The notes: generated from the letters alone by a model not told the origin. Positions 23,782 to 33,258 are shown, counted from the first letter of the stretch. The stretch: 47,415 nt of DNA from an uncultured Streptomycetaceae bacterium (GCA_964564295.1 CAZMBS010000004.1:1-47415), one strand, 5' to 3'. Translations and numbers: made by a program.

Positions 23782-25049
23782 CAATGCACCGCGCCGTTCA
23801 ATGCAAATTCGAAAATCTGGTAGCTCTTCAACACGGCGGCGCCGGCTTTCAGCCTGTACTCGTCGTTCAACGGCGCGTTCAGGATGAACGGGACTTTCGC
23901 CTCGGAAACGCCGCCGTGCGTGCGCAGCCGGTGCCCTTCGAGCCCGGACAGATCGTGCGCGGCCTCGGATCCGCCCACGCAGACGTCCGCCGTGGAAATC
24001 ACGACGACATCGCCTTCGCGGTCGGCCGGCAGATCGTGCACCTTGCACGCGGTTTCCTTGTCCAGCACCGATTCCAGGCCCGGCAACCCGCGTATCGCCT
24101 CGATGACCTGCTGCGGCGTCGTGCGGCCCGTGCACCACACGCGCACGAACCCCCCGAGCGCGCCGTGGTGGCCGACGAACGCATCGGTGATCGGGCAGAT
24201 CACGCGCGTGTCGCCCTTGCCGAACTTTGCGTCGAGTATGTCCTGCAGCCAGATGACGTTGGGTTTTCCCGCCGCGTTGGACTTGTCGTTCATGCCGTGA
24301 TCCGCGGTCAGCGCGACGACGGCGCCCAGTTCGGCGAGCCGGCCGAATCGCCTGTCGATTTCCTGGTAGAAGCGCCTGGCCTCGGACTCCTGCGGCGCGT
24401 ATTTGTGCTGCACGTAGTCGGTCAGCGACAGATACAGGATGTCGCGGTGCGCCTGTTCGAGCAGCTTGATCCCCGCGTCGAGCACGAACAGCGACAGTTC
24501 CATCGAGTACATGTCGGGCTGCGGCGCGCCGACGAACGCGAGCACGTTGTCGATTCCGTTCTCCTGCATCGTGCATTTGCCGGCGAACTCGGACGAAAAG
24601 CTCACGTGCCCTTTCGACACGTCGAGGTTCTTGCCGAGCTGCTTGCGCAGCTTGTCCTTCGCGGTGATCGAGACGACTCTCGCCCCGGCCTCGGCGAACT
24701 TGGTGATGATGGTGTCGCCGCGCAGCAGTTCGGGCCCCGTCATGACGACGGCTTCGCCGGTCTTCGTGTCGAGATAGAAATTGCCGGATATGCCGTGCTT
24801 CGACGCCGGCGTGCCGGTAATGATCGACATGTTGTTGGGACAGGTGAAGCTCGGCACCGTGCCGTCCGCCACGACGCTGAATCCTTCCCGCATGAAACGG
24901 GCGATGTTGGGGATGGTCCCCTCCTGCAGAAACTGCCGCAGGTATGCGGGATCTCCGCCGTCGATGCACACCACGACCACCGGGCGACGGGGCCAGCGAT
25001 ACTGCACGCCGTTCACGGTTACCGGGGGCCTTGCGGTTGCTGTTGCCAT
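23781..25049 (-). CDS. phnA: Phosphonoacetate hydrolase PhnA (alkaline-phosphatase superfamily)
   Basis: 422 aa. Extended colinear similarity, recalled from memory, to Pseudomonas fluorescens 23F PhnA: VPSFTCPNNMSIITG, ITAKDKLR, TDYVQHKYAP, LTADHGMN, RTHGGVSE. Confidence 0.9.
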   Translation of the reverse strand: MATATARPPVTVNGVQYRWPRRPVVVVCIDGGDPAYLRQFLQEGTIPNIARFMREGFSVVADGTVPSFTCPNNMSIITGTPASKHGISGNFYLDTKTGEAVVMTGPELLRGDTIITKFAEAGARVVSITAKDKLRKQLGKNLDVSKGHVSFSSEFAGKCTMQENGIDNVLAFVGAPQPDMYSMELSLFVLDAGIKLLEQAHRDILYLSLTDYVQHKYAPQESEARRFYQEIDRRFGRLAELGAVVALTADHGMNDKSNAAGKPNVIWLQDILDAKFGKGDTRVICPITDAFVGHHGALGGFVRVWCTGRTTPQQVIEAIRGLPGLESVLDKETACKVHDLPADREGDVVVISTADVCVGGSEAAHDLSGLEGHRLRTHGGVSEAKVPFILNAPLNDEYRLKAGAAVLKSYQIFEFALNGAVH

Positions 25050-25085
25050 GGTCTGATTCGTCCTGTCTGTGGAAAAAAACGGGGG

Positions 25086-25832
25086 TCAGGCTGCCCGGGC
25101 GCCGGGCGCCGCGCCCGGCGCCGGGTTTCGCGCGAGCGCCTCGTGGAGCCGCTCGCGGCTGTTGATGACGTGCTCGTACAGCAGGCGCCCGGCGAGCGCC
25201 TCGTCGCCATCCGCGATCGCGTTCACGATGGCCTCATGATCGCGCGTGGACACCGGTATGTGTTCGGTATTCCGCACCAGCGTTTCGCGGCGGTACAGAT
25301 TCAGTTCGTTCACGACGCGCCGGTAGTTGGCGCGCAGCGCATTGTTTCCAGCCGCCTCGGACAGGATTTCGTGAAACTCGAGATTGAGCGGAAAGTACGC
25401 ATCCACGTCGAGCGTGCGCTCGGCCGCATGCATGCGCTCCACGACGGCGCGCGCGCGCGCAAGCTGCGCGGGACTAATGCGTTTCGCGGCAAGGCGGCCG
25501 ATGAGGCCGTCGAGCGCCGCGCGCACCTCGTAAATTTCGTCGGCTTCCTCGATCGAGACCTCGCGCACGAACACGCCGCGGTTTTTCTCCGTGCGCACCA
25601 GTCCGGCCTGTTCCAGCGCCCGGAACGCCTCGCGCACGGGTCCGCGCGACACGCGCAGGTCGGCCGCAAGTTCAGCTTCGTTGAGCTTGGAACCGGCCGC
25701 GAGTTCTCCGGACACGATCTGACGCTCGATTTCCCGCTGCACGAGCGTGGTCAGCGAATGCTGCTGCAGCAGTTCGATCGCCGCTTCGTGCGGACTCGCG
25801 GAGGAGGAGGATTTGTCCGGTGGTTTCGTCAT
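25086..25832 (-). CDS. GntR-family (FadR/FCD subfamily) transcriptional regulator, phosphonate-utilisation associated
   Basis: 248 aa. N-terminal wHTH (LNEAELAADLRVSRGPVREAFRALEQAGLV) plus a helical FCD domain. Heads the phnA unit with a 36-nt gap. Confidence 0.85.
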   Translation of the reverse strand: MTKPPDKSSSSASPHEAAIELLQQHSLTTLVQREIERQIVSGELAAGSKLNEAELAADLRVSRGPVREAFRALEQAGLVRTEKNRGVFVREVSIEEADEIYEVRAALDGLIGRLAAKRISPAQLARARAVVERMHAAERTLDVDAYFPLNLEFHEILSEAAGNNALRANYRRVVNELNLYRRETLVRNTEHIPVSTRDHEAIVNAIADGDEALAGRLLYEHVINSRERLHEALARNPAPGAAPGARAA

Positions 25833-25982
25833 GTACGGATGCCGGCGGATGATCGCAGGCGCACGGTTACAGATTCATGGTTGCACGCAGACGCGATAGT
25901 AGGATATATCATTCGTAGATTGTCAACAATCTTCTGTTTTCAAATTACCGGACGATTCCCTTGCCCGTGAATACTATATATT

Positions 25983-26004
25983 ATTGTTTAAAAACAATAT
26001 GTTA
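25983..26004. promoter_or_regulatory. Perfect 7-2-7 palindrome ATTGTTT-AA-AAACAAT overlapping the motif shared with the phnD upstream region
   Basis: The arms at 25983-25989 and 25992-25998 are exact reverse complements. Lies in the AT-rich divergent GntR/SDR intergenic region. Confidence 0.45.
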
Positions 26005-26015
26005 TATGTAAACCT

Positions 26016-26807
26016 ATGAAAGAATCACACCGTTGTGTTGCAGTGGTCACCGGAGCCGGATCCGGCATCGGTCGTGCCGTAGCGCTGGAATTGGCGCGGC
26101 ATGGCGCGGCGGTCATCGCAGTCGGTCGCCGGGCTGCGACGCTCGCCGACACGGCGGCATACGCGCAAAACTGCGTCCCGCTGAGCGCGGATGTGGGCAA
26201 CGCCGGGGATCGGCAGAAAATCGCGGCGGTGGCGCGCGCGTTGGGCCCGATCCGATGGATCGTCCACGCCGCCGGCGTGCATCCCATCGAGGCATTCGAC
26301 GCGATCACCCCGGAGTCGTGGCACGCGGTCCTCGCAACCAACGTCACGGCGCGACTCTGCCTGACGCGGGAACTGCTGCCGTACATCGAGCCCGGCGCAC
26401 GGATCCTGTTCACAGGCTCCCGTTCGGCGACGCGCGCGCGCATCGGCGCTACAGGCTACTGCGTCGCCCAGGCGGCATCATTCATGCTGCAGCAGTGCCT
26501 GAAGGCGGAACTCGCGCCGCGCGGCATACACGTGTCGAGCGCAATTCCGAGTCCGGCGCACACGCCGATGATCGACGCGCAGATCGAAGCCGATCCCGGA
26601 CTGTATCCGGATGCGCTCGAGTACCGGCGCCTGCGGGATGCCGGTCAACTCATCGCGCCGGCGGCGGTGGGACTGTTTTTCCACTGGTTGCTTGCCGGGG
26701 TGCCGGCACAGGACTTCGTCGCGCAGGAGTGGAACATCCGCGACACGCAACATCACGCGCGCTGGCTGCGGGACGCGCCGCTCTACGTGCCGGCGGCGCC
26801 GCGCTGA
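26016..26807 (+). CDS. Short-chain dehydrogenase/reductase (SDR) family protein with an atypical active-site tetrad
   Basis: 263 aa with TGAGSGIGRA (cofactor loop) and HAAGV. The catalytic region reads GYCVAQ (Y-x3-Q) instead of Y-x3-K. Confidence 0.8.
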   Translation: MKESHRCVAVVTGAGSGIGRAVALELARHGAAVIAVGRRAATLADTAAYAQNCVPLSADVGNAGDRQKIAAVARALGPIRWIVHAAGVHPIEAFDAITPESWHAVLATNVTARLCLTRELLPYIEPGARILFTGSRSATRARIGATGYCVAQAASFMLQQCLKAELAPRGIHVSSAIPSPAHTPMIDAQIEADPGLYPDALEYRRLRDAGQLIAPAAVGLFFHWLLAGVPAQDFVAQEWNIRDTQHHARWLRDAPLYVPAAPR

Positions 26808-26820
26808 ACGCGCGGCAGGT

Positions 26821-27804
26821 TCAATCGAGCTGCGTTCCCGACTGCTTGACGGCCTTCGCCCACATCGCGAGTTCGGACTTGATGAACGCACCGAATGCGT
26901 CCGGCATGTTGCCGACCGGTTCGGCGCCTTCCGCGGTCAGACGCCCGCGCATGTCCGGGCCGTGCAGGACTTTCACGATCTCGCCGTGCAACCGCGCGAG
27001 GACGTCCTTCGGTAACCGCGCGGGCCCGACGAAGCCGGCCCACGAACTTACGTCGAATCCCTTGAGCCCCCCCGATTCGGCAACCGTCGGCACGTCCGGC
27101 AGCGCCGGCGAACGCTTTCCGGTGGTGACGGCCAGCGCGATCGCGCGCCCGGACTTGATGTGCGGCATCATGCCCGGCAAGGTCTGGAAACTGATCTGCG
27201 CTTCGTTCGCGAGCAACGCGATCGTCGACGGTGCCCCGCCCTTGTACGGGACGTGGAGCAGTTCGATTCCGGCGATGCCTTTGAACACCTCCGCCGAGAG
27301 GTGCCCGGGCGAACCGTTGCCCGACGACGATACGCGGACCTGCCCGGGTTTCGCCTTGGCGAGATCGATCAACTGCCGGGTGGTTTTCGCGCCGGCCTGA
27401 GGATTGGTCGCCAGCACCAGCGGGTAGGTCGCGACCAGCGTGATCGGCTGAAAATCCTTTACCGGGTCGTACGGCACTTTTTTGAACAACGAAGGATTGA
27501 TGCCGTGGCTCGCGACCGTTGCCATCATCAGCGTGTAGCCGTCGGGATTGGCTTTCGCAACGGTCTCGGATGCCACGTTCCCGGTCGCTCCCGGCCGGTT
27601 GTCCACGACGATCTGCTGATTGAGCGCCTCCCCGAGCTTCGCGCCGACCTGCCGCGAGAGGACATCGGTGCTGCCGCCGGGTGGAAAACCGACCAGCAGG
27701 CGGATCGGCTTGTTCGGATACGCCGCCGCCTGCGTCAAAAGCGCGGTAAAACCCAGCAGCACGCCTGCGATGCCGGCGCAAGCACAGCGTTTGATGATGG
27801 TCAT
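26821..27804 (-). CDS. Bug/TctC-family substrate-binding protein
   Basis: 327 aa with a signal peptide. YPNKPIRLLVGFPPGGSTDVLSR is the Bug-family N-terminal signature. Confidence 0.9.
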   Translation of the reverse strand: MTIIKRCACAGIAGVLLGFTALLTQAAAYPNKPIRLLVGFPPGGSTDVLSRQVGAKLGEALNQQIVVDNRPGATGNVASETVAKANPDGYTLMMATVASHGINPSLFKKVPYDPVKDFQPITLVATYPLVLATNPQAGAKTTRQLIDLAKAKPGQVRVSSSGNGSPGHLSAEVFKGIAGIELLHVPYKGGAPSTIALLANEAQISFQTLPGMMPHIKSGRAIALAVTTGKRSPALPDVPTVAESGGLKGFDVSSWAGFVGPARLPKDVLARLHGEIVKVLHGPDMRGRLTAEGAEPVGNMPDAFGAFIKSELAMWAKAVKQSGTQLD

Positions 27805-27975
27805 GGTTTGCTCTCCCCTCCGGGTTGCAACGCCGATCGTCGTGGAAAATTGTTACAAACAGGTTTCCCAGGGCGCTTCAGAGCAGTTTAGCGGCGTTCC
27901 TCGCGGACCACAATCGCGGCACTTTCGTGCACAGGCGCGGTCTCACGGTCTGGACCCCAATGACAGGAGGGCAAC

Positions 27976-28482
27976 ATGAGACTGGCAACCGGCACGTTCG
28001 GGCTGCTGTTCCTTCTGGGAGGCTGCGCCGGACCGTCCGCGTTGGTTCCGCAGGAATCCACGGCCACGCAGGTGCGCGATCGCATGGGCGCGCCGACCGA
28101 CATCCGATTCGACCGCAACGGCGACGAGTTATGGGAGTACGCGACCGGCCCGGCAGGCACACAGACGTGGCTCGTGCGGCTGGGACCCGATGGCCGCGTC
28201 AAGGAACGCGTGCAGTTGCTGACGGCCGAGAACTTCGCCCGCATCGTTCCCGGAAAATCGTCGAAACGCGACGTGCGCGACATCCTTGGCCGCCCCGGTG
28301 ACCAGTCCTATTTTCACGGGGAAGCGGTCTGGGAGTGGCGCATGCAGGACAGCCCCCGCACCGGGCGTTACATGGTGCGCTTCACGGTCGACAACGTCGT
28401 GAAGGAGGCCCTGGTTCTGCTCGACCCGAGCGAAGGCGACGGCCGGCGCCGTTCGCGCACGAGCAGCCGCTCGCGCGATTGA
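27976..28482 (+). CDS. Lipoprotein with BamE/SmpA_OmlA-like domains
   Basis: Lipobox LLGGC, an AGGAGG-like SD, and two GxSxxxVxxxLGxP-type BamE-like segments. Confidence 0.6.
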   Translation: MRLATGTFGLLFLLGGCAGPSALVPQESTATQVRDRMGAPTDIRFDRNGDELWEYATGPAGTQTWLVRLGPDGRVKERVQLLTAENFARIVPGKSSKRDVRDILGRPGDQSYFHGEAVWEWRMQDSPRTGRYMVRFTVDNVVKEALVLLDPSEGDGRRRSRTSSRSRD

Positions 28483-28494
28483 CCGGGCCGGACG

Positions 28495-29778
28495 CTATAC
28501 CCCGGCGAGTTTGGAGTTCGCGACCATCAGGCGTTCGACCAGCACGCGCAGGAACGCGCGATCGAAATTGAGGCGGCACACCTCGGTCGCGCGCTCGAGC
28601 GCGGTGATCGCGATCTTGATCATGCGCGCATCGGTCGCCGCCACGATGTCCGCGGTGCGATTTGCCGCGTCGCCAAGGTAGGCCATCTCGCCGAAACAGT
28701 CTCCGGCCCGCAGCGTGTTGAGCAGCCGCCGCTTGCGCATGACGCGCGCTTCTCCGGAAATCAGGATGCAGAAAAAATCGCCGGGTTCGCCTTCGCTCAT
28801 GATCGGCCCGTCCTTGGCGACTTCCATCCACTCGGACACCCGCAGCACTTCCCACAGATCGACGTCGCTGAACTGCTTGAAGAACGTGAGGCCCCGCAGC
28901 GCGTTGAACTTCTCGGTCTCGAGCACGCCGTGCCGCGGCAACGGCGACTTGCCGGAAGCCACCGCGGCGAGGTCGTCCGAAAACTGCTGCCAGGTCTGGT
29001 AGCGCACCTTCGTATCGCGATCCATCGCCCGGCGCACGATCACGTCGATTTCGCCGGGCACGTCGATACGGAGCTCGCTCGCAAGCGGCGGATCGGCGTT
29101 GAGCACCTGGTGCGCGAGTCCCGCGATGTTGCCGGCCTCGAACGGCATCCGCCCCGTAAGCAACTGAAACATCACGACGCCGAGCGCGTAAATGTCCGTC
29201 TGGTGATTCAGCGGCTTGTTGAGGTGCTGCTCGGGCGACATGTACGCCGGGGTTCCGATGCCGTCGACCACGGTGCGCGAGGTTTGCAGCATCGCGGCGG
29301 AACCGAAATCGGTGATCTTGATGTCCGTGCCGCCCTTCACCAGGATGTTTGCGGGCTTGATGTCGCGGTGGATGACGCCCAGTTGCGATGCGAAATCGAG
29401 CGCCCGCGAGCACTTGAACACGACTTCGATCACGTCGCCCAACGCAAGCAGGTTGTCGGCGCGGGCAAACCGGTGCAGCGTTCCACCGCCGACGTACTCC
29501 ATGACGATGTAGGCGTTGTCCTCGTCCGCCACCGCGTCGTAGATTTCGACGATGTGCGGATGGACGAGTTTTCCCGCGAGCGAGGCCTCGGTCAGAAACA
29601 GGTGATGCATCAACTTGCCGCGCGCCTGGTCCTTCAGCGCGTCCTGCGCGACTACCTTGATCGCCACGTCCCGGTTGTTGAACGGATCGCGCGCCAGGTA
29701 CACGTTGCTGGTCGCGCCTTCGCCGAGTTTCTTGACGATTTCGTATTTGCCGATTTTCTTCGCCTGTACGGTCGCCAT
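28495..29778 (-). CDS. Ser/Thr protein kinase fused to a C-terminal cyclic-nucleotide-binding (CAP_ED) domain
   Basis: Start at MATVQAKKIGKYEIVKKLGEGATS. Hanks motifs VAIK, HRDIKPANIL, DFG and GTPAYMSPE. The C-terminus carries GDFFCILISG..GDCFGEMAYL of cNMP-binding domains. Confidence 0.85.
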   Translation of the reverse strand: MATVQAKKIGKYEIVKKLGEGATSNVYLARDPFNNRDVAIKVVAQDALKDQARGKLMHHLFLTEASLAGKLVHPHIVEIYDAVADEDNAYIVMEYVGGGTLHRFARADNLLALGDVIEVVFKCSRALDFASQLGVIHRDIKPANILVKGGTDIKITDFGSAAMLQTSRTVVDGIGTPAYMSPEQHLNKPLNHQTDIYALGVVMFQLLTGRMPFEAGNIAGLAHQVLNADPPLASELRIDVPGEIDVIVRRAMDRDTKVRYQTWQQFSDDLAAVASGKSPLPRHGVLETEKFNALRGLTFFKQFSDVDLWEVLRVSEWMEVAKDGPIMSEGEPGDFFCILISGEARVMRKRRLLNTLRAGDCFGEMAYLGDAANRTADIVAATDARMIKIAITALERATEVCRLNFDRAFLRVLVERLMVANSKLAGV

Positions 29779-29923
29779 GCCGATCCTCGTCGCGGCCCAT
29801 CGAGCCGCAGTTTCTTCCTGAAAACAATGATTTAACCCCATCCCTTCCGGGACAGTCAACCGGCGGATCGGAATGGCGCGCCCACCGGCCATGCGCGCCG
29901 GGGATTCAGGGCTGCGCGGGGTA

Positions 29924-32767
29924 TCAGGCGACAGCGACGGGATACTGCTTGCGCTGCATCAACTGTTCGAATTCGGGCGCCGGCAGCGGCTTGCTGAAAT
30001 AGTAGCCCTGGTACTCGTCGCACTGCAGCCGCGCGAGGAAAGCCAGTTGTTCCCGGGTCTCGACGCCTTCGGCCACCACTTCGAGCTGCAGTCCCCGCGC
30101 CATCGCGACGATCGCCTTGACGATCGCGGCGTCCTGCGCGTCGGTCGTGATGTCGCGCACGAACGACTGGTCGATCTTCAGCCGTTGCACGGGAAAGCGC
30201 TTGAGGTAGGTAAGACTCGAATAGCCGGTGCCGAAATCGTCGATCGAGATTTCGACCCCCAGCGCGTGCAGCCGGTCGAGCTGGGAAATGGCCCGGTCCG
30301 TCTGGCGCATGACCGTGCCCTCGGTGATTTCGAGTTCCAGCATCCGGGAATCGAGTCCGCATTCCCGCAGCACTTCGGAGACCAGTTCCACCAGATTCTT
30401 CTGCTGGAACTGGCGCGGCGACAGATTGACGGACATCAGCAGAGGCGGGTAACCCTGATCGCGCCACGCCTTGTTCTGCCGGCAAGCGGTGCGCAGCACC
30501 CATTCGCCGATGGGCACGATGAGTCCGGTCGCCTCGGCGAGCGGAATGAACTTGCCCGGAGAAACGAGGCCCAGTTCCTTCGAGTCCCACCGGATCAGCG
30601 CTTCCGCGCCGACCATGCGGCCGGTTCTGACCGATATCTTGGGCTGGTAGTACAGCCGGAACTCCTCGCGCTCGAGGGCGCGCCGCAGTTGCCCTTCCAT
30701 TTTGAGCCGCTCGCCGGTCTCGGCGCTCATGTCCGGGGAATAAAACTCGTAGGTATTGCGCCCCTCGGCCTTGGCCCGGTACATCGCTACGTCGGCGTTG
30801 CGGACGAGTGCATCGGACGTGTCGCCGTCGCCCGGAAACAGCGTAACGCCCATGCTCGTCGTCATGAAGATATCCTGGCCGTTCACAACGACGGGATCGG
30901 CAAACGCGGCCCGTATCTTGTCCGCCACGGCCATGACGTGTGCGACCGCGCTGAATCCCTCGAGGATGATCGTGAACTCGTCGCCGCCCAGCCGCGCCAC
31001 AGTGTCGGACTCCCGCAGCGACTGCCGGAACCGGCTCGCCGCCGCGATCAGCACCTCGTCGCCGACCGTGTGCCCGAGCGTGTCGTTGACTTCCTTGAAC
31101 CGGTCGAGATCGACGAGCAGCAGGGCCATCATCTGCCCGCTGCGCTTCGCGCGCGCGAGCGCGCCGGCGAGGTGATCCCGGAACAGGCTGCGGTTCGGCA
31201 GTCCGGTCAGCGTGTCGTAGCGCGCGAGTTGGGCGATCTGTTCCTGCGCGCGGCGGCGCTCGGTGATGTCCTCCATGACGTTGATCAGGTACAGCGGTTT
31301 GCCGCCGGCGTCGCGCGCGAGCGACACGGTCCGGTTGATCCAGAGGTCGCTGCCGTCCTTGCGCACGTAGCGCCGCTCGGTGTTGTAGGTGCCGATCGTG
31401 TTGTCGATGAGCTGCCGCAGGTGTATTCCCCGGGACGGATTGTCCGGGTGCAGCAGGTCGGTCGTGCGCATGGTCAGCAGTTCTTCGCGCGTGTATCCCA
31501 CCATGTCGCAGAATTTCCGGTTCACGAGCACGTAGCGCTGGTCGAGCGTCATGTGCACGATGCCCACCGCCGCCTGCTCGAACGTCGAGCGAAACCGCGC
31601 CTCGCTCTGCAGGCGCGCGTCCATCGACTGGCGCTGGCGCGCGAGCACGCCGATCAGGATCAAGGCGACGGCGCCGAGAAACGCGCTCGCAAGTCCGGCA
31701 CGCAGGAAGTAGTCCCGCTTGAGCGCGTCGATGGGCGCGAGCAGATGGGGTTCGGAGTAGCCCACGACGATCACCATCGGATATTGCGCGAGCCGGCGAT
31801 ACGAAATGAGCCGGGAAATGCCGTCGCGTCTGCCTTCGCTGCGAAAACTGCCGACGTCGCGATTTTCCAGTTGCCGGAACAGGGTGCTCTTGCGCATGTC
31901 CTGCTCGATGCGCCCAGCGGTGCTCGCCCGCACGGCCCCGTCGAGTCCGATCAGCGAGATCATCCCTTGTTCGCCCAAATCGGCGCGCCGGTAGAACTGC
32001 GAAAAATATTCGGGGTCCACCGCCGCGATGACGGCACCACCGAACGAACCATCGGCGCGATTGACGCGCCGCGAAAAATGCAGCGACCACTTTCCGGTGA
32101 TGCGTCCCACGGTCGGGCGGCCGATGTACGTTTCCCCGGTATCCCGTTGCCGGTGCACCGCGAAATGTTCGCGATCGGCGACATTGACCGGCGCCGCCGT
32201 CTGCGAGAGGCCGAGAACGATATTGCCGCGTTCGTCCACGATCGCGAGATACGTCAGCATGCGACTTTCGATTTCGCCGTCGTCGATCATTCTCTTGAGA
32301 TTGGTCCGCGGGCCGCCCTGCTCGTACCGGCGTTTGATGTGTTGCAACGAGAGATCGATACCCTTGAACGTGCGGACCGCGTGTTCCTCGTAGACGACGG
32401 CCAGATTCGATGCCTGGATGCGCGCCTCGCGGATCGCCGACTCGCGCTCGACGTTCAGCTGGTTCAGCGTGAGGCCCCAGATCACCGCGACGATGCCGGC
32501 GCATGCGAGCACGATCAATCCGTACAGCGCCGACCGCGTCATGCGATCGATGGAGGCCCGGCGCAGCGTCATGCCGTCCGACGGCGGCAATGCGGTCGGC
32601 AAGGCGCCGTCGCTTGCGTTCGCTGCTGCAATTTGGGGGGGATTCCCGGACATTTCCGCCTCGAATCGGGTTGCCGCGCGCGGTACGGAACGGTTCCCGC
32701 TCCTTCCCGGCGCATGGGTTAACGGCATCCCGTTGCCGGCGCTTGAATCCGGATGAAATCGATGCAC
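29924..32767 (-). CDS. Membrane sensor Cache-TM-PAS-GGDEF-EAL protein (c-di-GMP turnover)
   Basis: Two TM helices flank a periplasmic Cache-like domain. PAS, intact GGDEF (RLGGDEFTI), and EAL ([15 protein letters not shown]). The real start may be MSGNPPQ at 32653, which has a GAGGCGG SD-like sequence. Confidence 0.85.
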   Translation of the reverse strand: MHRFHPDSSAGNGMPLTHAPGRSGNRSVPRAATRFEAEMSGNPPQIAAANASDGALPTALPPSDGMTLRRASIDRMTRSALYGLIVLACAGIVAVIWGLTLNQLNVERESAIREARIQASNLAVVYEEHAVRTFKGIDLSLQHIKRRYEQGGPRTNLKRMIDDGEIESRMLTYLAIVDERGNIVLGLSQTAAPVNVADREHFAVHRQRDTGETYIGRPTVGRITGKWSLHFSRRVNRADGSFGGAVIAAVDPEYFSQFYRRADLGEQGMISLIGLDGAVRASTAGRIEQDMRKSTLFRQLENRDVGSFRSEGRRDGISRLISYRRLAQYPMVIVVGYSEPHLLAPIDALKRDYFLRAGLASAFLGAVALILIGVLARQRQSMDARLQSEARFRSTFEQAAVGIVHMTLDQRYVLVNRKFCDMVGYTREELLTMRTTDLLHPDNPSRGIHLRQLIDNTIGTYNTERRYVRKDGSDLWINRTVSLARDAGGKPLYLINVMEDITERRRAQEQIAQLARYDTLTGLPNRSLFRDHLAGALARAKRSGQMMALLLVDLDRFKEVNDTLGHTVGDEVLIAAASRFRQSLRESDTVARLGGDEFTIILEGFSAVAHVMAVADKIRAAFADPVVVNGQDIFMTTSMGVTLFPGDGDTSDALVRNADVAMYRAKAEGRNTYEFYSPDMSAETGERLKMEGQLRRALEREEFRLYYQPKISVRTGRMVGAEALIRWDSKELGLVSPGKFIPLAEATGLIVPIGEWVLRTACRQNKAWRDQGYPPLLMSVNLSPRQFQQKNLVELVSEVLRECGLDSRMLELEITEGTVMRQTDRAISQLDRLHALGVEISIDDFGTGYSSLTYLKRFPVQRLKIDQSFVRDITTDAQDAAIVKAIVAMARGLQLEVVAEGVETREQLAFLARLQCDEYQGYYFSKPLPAPEFEQLMQRKQYPVAVA

Positions 32768-32821
32768 GTGGCGCCTCGGCGCCTGTGCTAGACTTTTTTC
32801 TTTTTCAGGGGGGACTCAACC

Positions 32822-33196
32822 GTGGCCGAAGAATCGAAGCCGGAAGCAAAAGCCGAAGCCAAAGACGGCGGCAAGACCTACACGTACAACGACCTCAAGC
32901 ACAAGACCGTGGCCGAACTGCGCGCCATCGCCAAGGACAACGAGCATGAAGCGCTGAAGGGACACACGCAGCTCAACAAGGATCACCTGATCACGGCGCT
33001 CTGCAAGGCGCTCAACATCCCGCTGCATGCCCATCACGAAGCACGCGGCATCGACAAATCGAAATTAAAGTCCAAAATCAAGGTGTTGCAGAAGGAGCGC
33101 AGTGCGGCGCTGGCCGCGCACGACCACCGAAAGCTCAAAGCGCTGCGCCGGCGCATCCACAGCCTGAACCACCAGATCCGCCGCGCGACCATCTAG
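32822..33196 (+). CDS. Small basic protein with a Rho_N/SAP-like helix-extended-helix motif
   Basis: 124 aa with a GTG start. LKHKTVAELRAIAKD is typical of the Rho termination factor N-terminal domain fold. A lysine-rich tail and a clean terminator follow. Confidence 0.6.
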   Translation: MAEESKPEAKAEAKDGGKTYTYNDLKHKTVAELRAIAKDNEHEALKGHTQLNKDHLITALCKALNIPLHAHHEARGIDKSKLKSKIKVLQKERSAALAAHDHRKLKALRRRIHSLNHQIRRATI

Positions 33197-33227
33197 TCGG
33201 TCTGCCAGGTGGCGCAAAAGATGGCGT

Positions 33228-33258
33228 AAAAAAAGCGCGGGAACTTCGCGCTTTTTTT
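33228..33258. terminator. Bidirectional rho-independent terminator
   Basis: AAAAAAAGCGCG-GGAACTT-CGCGCTTTTTTT: A-run, 5-6 bp GC stem, T-run. Overlaps the stop of the convergent 33257-33532 gene. Confidence 0.8.
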
